From: Alloascoidea hylecoeti
Lineage: Eukaryota
DNA: 64,000 nucleotides
Reading direction: 5' to 3'
Assembly (NCBI GenBank): GCA_001600815.1
Contig: BCKZ01000036.1
Span: 1 to 64,000, forward strand
Below the pieces are notes generated by a model. That model saw only the letters and a program-made list of their open reading frames with translations. It made no database searches and was not told the origin of the DNA. Below are positions 57,743-64,000 of the stretch, in pieces. The position numbers and the translations under genes are program-made. Each line of letters begins with the position of its first letter. Position 1 is the first letter of the stretch.

Positions 57743-60700
57743 CTCTGAAGGTTTGGTTTACTCGGAAAGCTATTAAATCAAGATCTGAAGAAATTCAGGA
57801 AGCAAAGTTAAAATATATAAAGATTTTAATGAACTGTTTCATACACATTTAAAAATCTCTGCATTTAAATATTAATGGGTATTATATCGGCGCCCCCTAA
57901 TGAAAACCGCTACCGAGTAAGTAATTATATAAGTCATTTAATTTATCTAAAACATAAAGTGATTATGAGGAAAAATAAGGGAAAATGTTAGTGATTGGAT
58001 TGTTATTGGTCTTCAAGTTGTGAAGACATGACATGTTACTATTCCACACAAGCTATTGAGACGATAAATCTATTAAAAATAGAAAAGTAAGGACCATCCA
58101 TAACTTTTCAGAGTATAAATTTGACTGAAATAATATTAAAAACCCTAGGAAGCATCAAACTTTTATAGTTTTCTTCTATATTATAATTATATTTACATAT
58201 TTGCGCATTAAATTAATGTATTATTTTTTTGGCCTATAATGAAAGTCGAAAGGAAAAACAATTGCATGAAAATATCATAATTTGGCATGAAATCTCCATT
58301 ACAAAGCTTACTATAATGGAGAGATTTCCCACTCCAACTAGATTTAAACCAACTCATAAATCATGAATCAATGTTAAGACAGAAATTTGACATGCAAGAA
58401 TCAATATCGAATTGTGATGAATAATTGGATACTGGCTTGTGTAAACTTTGTAGCTTTTGTAGGGTTGTAATTTTAAGACATTCACAACGATGAAAAATAC
58501 TGCAAAGGGTTTTTAATTATATACATCTGCATATATAATTGAGTTACAATTATAAATTTATAAGGTATGGTGCTGTCCATTTAATTTTATCACCTAGAGA
58601 AATAAACTTAAGCTTATAATTAAGAGCTGTAGATGAAATACCAATATTGCGACATCATATGTAAAGGATTGATCATTAACGTTAACAGGACTTCAAAAGT
58701 TTTCAATATATATCCGGGAGAATTCGAAAACTACTATCTGGTCGTATATATTCTCGTATCGGCTAATCCTCAACAAATAATAAGTTATTAGATCTAGAAT
58801 ATAATAAAAGTGAACGGATATTTAAAATGATTTAATTTTCAACCGAAATGTCGGCCTGTCGACTAGTTACGTGTATATCTAGCTATATCTTATAATTAGT
58901 TTAGTTAATTCTCAATTACACTTTTTTCAATTGATCGATTGCAATTGGAAATGCTATTACTCACTTCAGTGTACTGCTCGTATACTGTGATCTATATATG
59001 TAAGATCTATCTAGATCTGTACTTTTTTCGGGTCTTGTTAAATATTAATCAAAAAATAAAAAAGATTTTAATCTACATCTATTATCTATCCAGAGCTTAT
59101 TAGGTATTAAAAACTTTTAAAAATAATTAATCATAACTATATTCATGTCTAGATCTATCCAGGTATAGAATACCCAAGTTTCAGAAAATCATGAGCGCAA
59201 AACTGAACAATTTTTAAAATTGAACAAATTTATTTATTAAAAAAAAAAAGATATTCATTTTATGTGAGATACATTGGAATCTGGTAGTTTCTTTGAAGAA
59301 TGTACCAGCTTTTGGCGTTGTTCAGCAGAGATGATTATAAGAACTTTCAGTTATTCCGAGGTTCGTGTTTGTTACAAAACGTACCATATATATTATACGA
59401 TGATCATATATACGGTGCATATAAATGTTATTTAATTAGCATTAACGTTAATGTTATTATATAGTATAGATATAGCTATAGATATAGCTATATTAACTTA
59501 TTATTAAGCTCAGTCCTAAAGACATGACCTTTTCTTCCCTAGGTCTCTAAAAATAATTACTTATAATATTGTATAAGCTTATAGAATCGGGGATATCTAT
59601 AATGATTTTATAAACACGTTTCCCTAGAATCATGATATATCATCAATAAATTAAATTATATAAATATTCTCAATTATCGAGTGTCAATAAAGTAGTGCCA
59701 TTATCTACCGCTAATATATATCATCATGACCTGTCTTGAATCTAATTTTAAATAGAGAGTTCTTATTAATCTCTATACTTTATATATTTGGTATGACATT
59801 GGTTATGTCATAAACCTCCTTCAAACCTCCTTTATTCTTCTTTATGCAACAGGTATGGTAGAAAAGTACACATATGCTATTCCTAGGTTATTGATGTTAG
59901 GTTAATAGTTATCCTGTGAGAATGTTGCACGTCACGGATGTCTATTGGTGATTATCACGGATTAATAATAAAATAATAGATAGTTTATAAGAAAAATATA
60001 ATTTTGGTTGTTTGCTTCAGGCAACTTATTCGCAATTCATGAATGATATATAGACTATATATATTTCCTTATAATATTCTACTTTGACCTACGGTTAAAT
60101 GTTTACTGGTAAGATTGATAATATAGTACAAAGTTAAAATAGTTTTAAAATTTAATAAGAACAAATTCCCAATTATCAAATTAAAATCTATCTCAGTAAA
60201 AAACAGATTATGAAAAGATTGAACGTGAACTCAAAATAAACAACAAAAACCTGGACTACATTATCATATAGAGTTCGTGGCAAAGTAAGCCAATAATGAT
60301 GAATCTGAATTACGATCATCCTAGAAGAAGGAGAGGATCTTAATATATTCCAATTCCAATATCAGTGTTGGATGTATCGGTGAACATACTTAATCAACAA
60401 TCAGATTTAGTCAAAAAGGAATCTGAAGAAGTATTTAAGCTTAAGGATGCTAAGGATATTTTTAAAACATCATATCATGTATACTATTGTATAGATAATC
60501 AAATTATAATTAGCTACAACAAGTTCAACAACATATTAATATTGATTCATAAAGCAGCTAGGATATAGACAAACGGTCATACAAAAATAAACGTTAACGT
60601 TATAATTAACGTTACAACTTGCTATTCCAATTCATTGTAATAATTATAATAACTATTAATTTTAATTTTTATACTTTCATTTTCATCCATTATTATTTAC

Positions 60701-61818
60701 TGTTAGATCATGTGTTGTTCAAGTTCCAGGTTTAAAAAGTTCATAATACAGCTATTGGTAACAGCCTTGTTTCCAAAACATATTAGCTGATAGATTGAGA
60801 ATTAATTAGCACCGTTGGCAGTAATTAATTAGTCAATCTAACTATAAAAGTGTTAGATTTAACTTTGGTACGGTTATTCATATTCTATGTTATTAGTGAG
60901 TTGTTTTCACTATATAGTATATTATAGCCTGTAGACTCTGTACTATGGTTAAATAGATTAATATTTTGATAAGATCTAGACACCACAACATGACCCAGTG
61001 CCACCATCAATTTCACTTGTTAAATATAAGTTTGAAACCGTTAATATCAGAGCATATCCATTGTTTTTACATATTAAATGAGCTTACTGACTAGTCAATG
61101 TAGTCATCTATCTGTAAAATTTAAAATTATATACCATTTCAGGTCCAAAACCTATTTGTGACGGCTTAAATTTGAAATCATTTTTGAATTTATACAGTGA
61201 GCCCACTATGTATACAGTAAACATCAAACGATTGGATCATGATGTAAAATCAATTTACTACCGCTGGTCTTAATTTACAATACAAGCGGACTCTATACCA
61301 CGGTATACAATGTTAATTACAATGTTAATTGACATATTATACATATAGTTAATTTTACTCTTGAAACTAAATACATATCATATAAGCTTATAGCTGGTTT
61401 TGTAAGGTGAGATTATGACCAATTAAGACCATTAATATTCGTTCAGTGCTCACCGTCGATAAACAACTGGCCGTATAGACAATTCTTGTACCTTAATTTT
61501 AGACCAGGCAATGCTTCCGTCTTTAGCTAATTATAACTATAAGTTATATAAAGATGAGACAAATGTCCCATGAGAATAAGTTACTGATGACCTACGCCTG
61601 CTATTTATAGTCGGTACCTTAATACTAACGGTATAAAATAATATTGGTACGGTGATACTTAACATATCGTACGCGTATACCTTAATCTCACGAGACAATT
61701 TCATTTTATATCATTACCATATATGTTATACATGTAATTGTAAATACTAATCGCAAGCAAGGCTCTTTAGTACATAAACCGATGCATGTAGCAGTATATA
61801 TTCACTGTGAATTAGTTA

Positions 61819-62067
61819 TGTTGGAAGGGGGAGCTGTTTCGGTATTAATGGAATTAAAAGTTCGGCGCTCGGGAGATAGAAACCTCGGTATAATTTTTTC
61901 ATTTTAGCTCCAATTGGTGTTCATTCTTTAGCTATGATTTGGTGGTTAATTTGAATTCAATCTGGTTTTAATGGAGACGAATAATTCGCCACTTTTTAAT
62001 ATAGAAATAACGAAATAAATTGCCCCCCACCGAAATCTCCAATATAGTAGAAATATTGTAATCAACA
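61819..62067. mobile_element. Probable solo LTR, 249 bp
   Basis: Begins TGTTG and ends CAACA; flanked by GTTA at 61815-61818 and 62068-62071; GC-richer than flanks; internal AATAAA. Confidence 0.55.
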
Positions 62068-62343
62068 GTTAAAGGATCAAAAATACAATAATTACAGGTC
62101 ATAATCAGAAAATAAAATTGTCAATAACAATAATGTATATTAATTAGCTCTATATATATGATTTAAATAATATACATATATACATATACTTTCAATGATT
62201 CAAACTAAGCTCCTCTCTGTTTTTATATCGGCTTCTCTCCATCCGATTTTTGGATTTTAATTACAGCTATATCCAAGCAAAGCTAAATACCAAATGTAAT
62301 AAATCGTCAATGATTATAGAATATCAAACTATTGAAAACCTTT

Positions 62344-64000
62344 TTACCATACATCTTCTTGATATAAATTTTGAACTTTCATTTGTTTGAGTAATTCACC
62401 AGCTTTTTGTTCACTTATATTTCGTTCGGTACTAATAATTTTTGATAAAGCAGCTTGAACATCTCTTGCCATTTTAGAAGCATCACCACAAACATAAAAA
62501 TAAGCACCTTCTAATAACAAATCATTAACTAGTTTTGAATTTTCTAATAATTTATGTTGAACGTAAACTTTTTGATCAGTTTCTCTTGAAAAAGCAGTTA
62601 TTAAATTGAATGAATCACCTAATGTTTGCTTATATTCTTCCCATTCATTTTTATATAAGAAATCTTCTGTTGATGTTCTTGATCCATAAAAAAATAATGT
62701 TTTACCAATATTTGGAATACCTTGTTCAACTTGGGCAACACGATCTCTAATAAAACCTCTAAATGGTGCTGCTCCAGTTCCTGGACCAACCAAAATAACC
62801 GGTTTACCTGGATTAGATGGTAATTTAAAAGTTGATCGACGAATATGAATAGGAAGTTTATAACCATTATATTTACCTCTTGGACCTTCCAGGTTAAAAG
62901 TAAGATCTGTAGAACGAGGCTTTTCAGCGTTATAAGATTGTTTAATATTAAGAAGTAAATTTGTTGCAACACCTTTGACTAAATGATCAACATCAGGGTA
63001 TGTAGATGATTCAACAACAGCGGTAATATGTACCTTTTTAGGTTCTGATTTTGAAGAAGAAGAAATTGAATAGTATCTTGGCTGTAAAGATGGAACGTAT
63101 TCTATTAAAAAAGAAAAAGGAATATCAGACCATTCAATACCATTAGAAATATAGAGTAAAGCGCGAGCAATATTGAGATACTTGGAAGTAATTCTAGTTT
63201 GAAATAAATCTTTATCAGAACCAAATTTAAGAGCCTTTTGTTTAGCATCAGAATTTGGGGCAAAAGCAGCAACAGATAATAAGAATTGACGAGAAACAGG
63301 ACCATTTATTTCCAAGAAATATCTAATAACAGCTTCATATGTAGTAGGAGTTGGGAATGATAAAGTAGCGGTAGAATCAAGTTTTTCAACATCAATAACA
63401 GTTTCTCTCTTCTTATCCAAACCAACAGTAGTTAAAAACAAATCAACTTCTTCATTTGAATTAGAAGGCCAAATAGCAACATGATCACCAGTAGTATACT
63501 TCAATCCAGAATCGGCTAAATCAATTTCAGCATGAATACAATTACGATGATCAGATTTAAACAATTCTTTAACATTTGAAAATGTAGCAATATAAGGATT
63601 TGCATGCGTATAAGGACCTTTTACAGTTTCAAGAGATAAATGACGTTTTGTTGGCTCACCGACGAAAACAGCATCATCTTCCTCGGCGCTAACTTCTAAT
63701 TTATTAATCTTTAAAGTAGGCTCATAAATACCTTCCTTTTCATTAAGATGTTTTTCCTTTTTCCAAGAAGAAAATACTTCATCTTTCCAAGATAAATAAT
63801 CTTCATCCATTGTAGCAGCACCATCATCACCTTCACCATGTGGACCAATTCTATGAGCACCAAACTTTTGTAATAACTCATCGACATTTCTACCCATTGC
63901 ATTATAAAACTCATAAGTTGAATTACCAAGACCAAAAATAACATAATTTAAATTTTCTAAAGTTTGACCCCCATTTGAAAATTCAACATCTTCTTCACTT
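62344..64000 (-). CDS. NCP1: NADPH-cytochrome P450 reductase, 5' end outside the window
   Basis: FGLGNSTYEFYN, GEGDD, LQPRYYSISSS, GPGTGAAPFRGF, YVCGDASKMARDV, YQEDVW. Confidence 0.97.
   Translation of the reverse strand, partial: SEEDVEFSNGGQTLENLNYVIFGLGNSTYEFYNAMGRNVDELLQKFGAHRIGPHGEGDDGAATMDEDYLSWKDEVFSSWKKEKHLNEKEGIYEPTLKINKLEVSAEEDDAVFVGEPTKRHLSLETVKGPYTHANPYIATFSNVKELFKSDHRNCIHAEIDLADSGLKYTTGDHVAIWPSNSNEEVDLFLTTVGLDKKRETVIDVEKLDSTATLSFPTPTTYEAVIRYFLEINGPVSRQFLLSVAAFAPNSDAKQKALKFGSDKDLFQTRITSKYLNIARALLYISNGIEWSDIPFSFLIEYVPSLQPRYYSISSSSKSEPKKVHITAVVESSTYPDVDHLVKGVATNLLLNIKQSYNAEKPRSTDLTFNLEGPRGKYNGYKLPIHIRRSTFKLPSNPGKPVILVGPGTGAAPFRGFIRDRVAQVEQGIPNIGKTLFFYGSRTSTEDFLYKNEWEEYKQTLGDSFNLITAFSRETDQKVYVQHKLLENSKLVNDLLLEGAYFYVCGDASKMARDVQAALSKIISTERNISEQKAGELLKQMKVQNLYQEDVW

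Noticed and set aside
60130..60570. MULE-like transposase relic around the 67-aa ORF
   Set aside because: Only a GEHT tetrapeptide is suggestive; no catalytic motifs or TIRs.
61191..61201. Tc1 terminus matching TATACAGTGAG at 2491
   Set aside because: Match stops at 11 bp and there is no inverted partner with a TA duplication.

Overview
AT-rich budding-yeast (Saccharomycotina-type) genomic DNA with short spliceosomal introns (11 inferred) and degenerate branch points. The window has two parts. (1) About 1-14 kb is an unstable accessory region built from a tandemly repeated two-gene cassette: an F-box/WD40 gene on the minus strand, divergently paired with a fast-evolving Efg1/StuA/Sok2-type APSES transcription factor on the plus strand. 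It holds 2 APSES ORFs, 1 complete and 1 C-terminally rearranged F-box gene, and 3 F-box relics. Mixed in are a Tc1 (D34E) transposase relic, a 23-bp-phased TAATTAG array, a GAL10 fragment joined in frame to a WD40 relic, and a probable gag relic. An orphan two-exon gene follows at about 15-16 kb. (2) About 18-64 kb is mostly conserved housekeeping genes: RRM3, THR1, VMA16, RPN1, MAS2, RIM13, RAM1, a UBX protein, an MFS transporter, OMS1, RRP4, TRM5, an inositol monophosphatase, AIM24, a WDR44-like protein, IRA1/2 and partial NCP1. This part also has two long gene-free gaps, a second Tc1 relic, a probable solo LTR, sharp GC islands at some promoters, and a candidate structured ncRNA. All assignments come from manual reading and motif recall; no database search was run.
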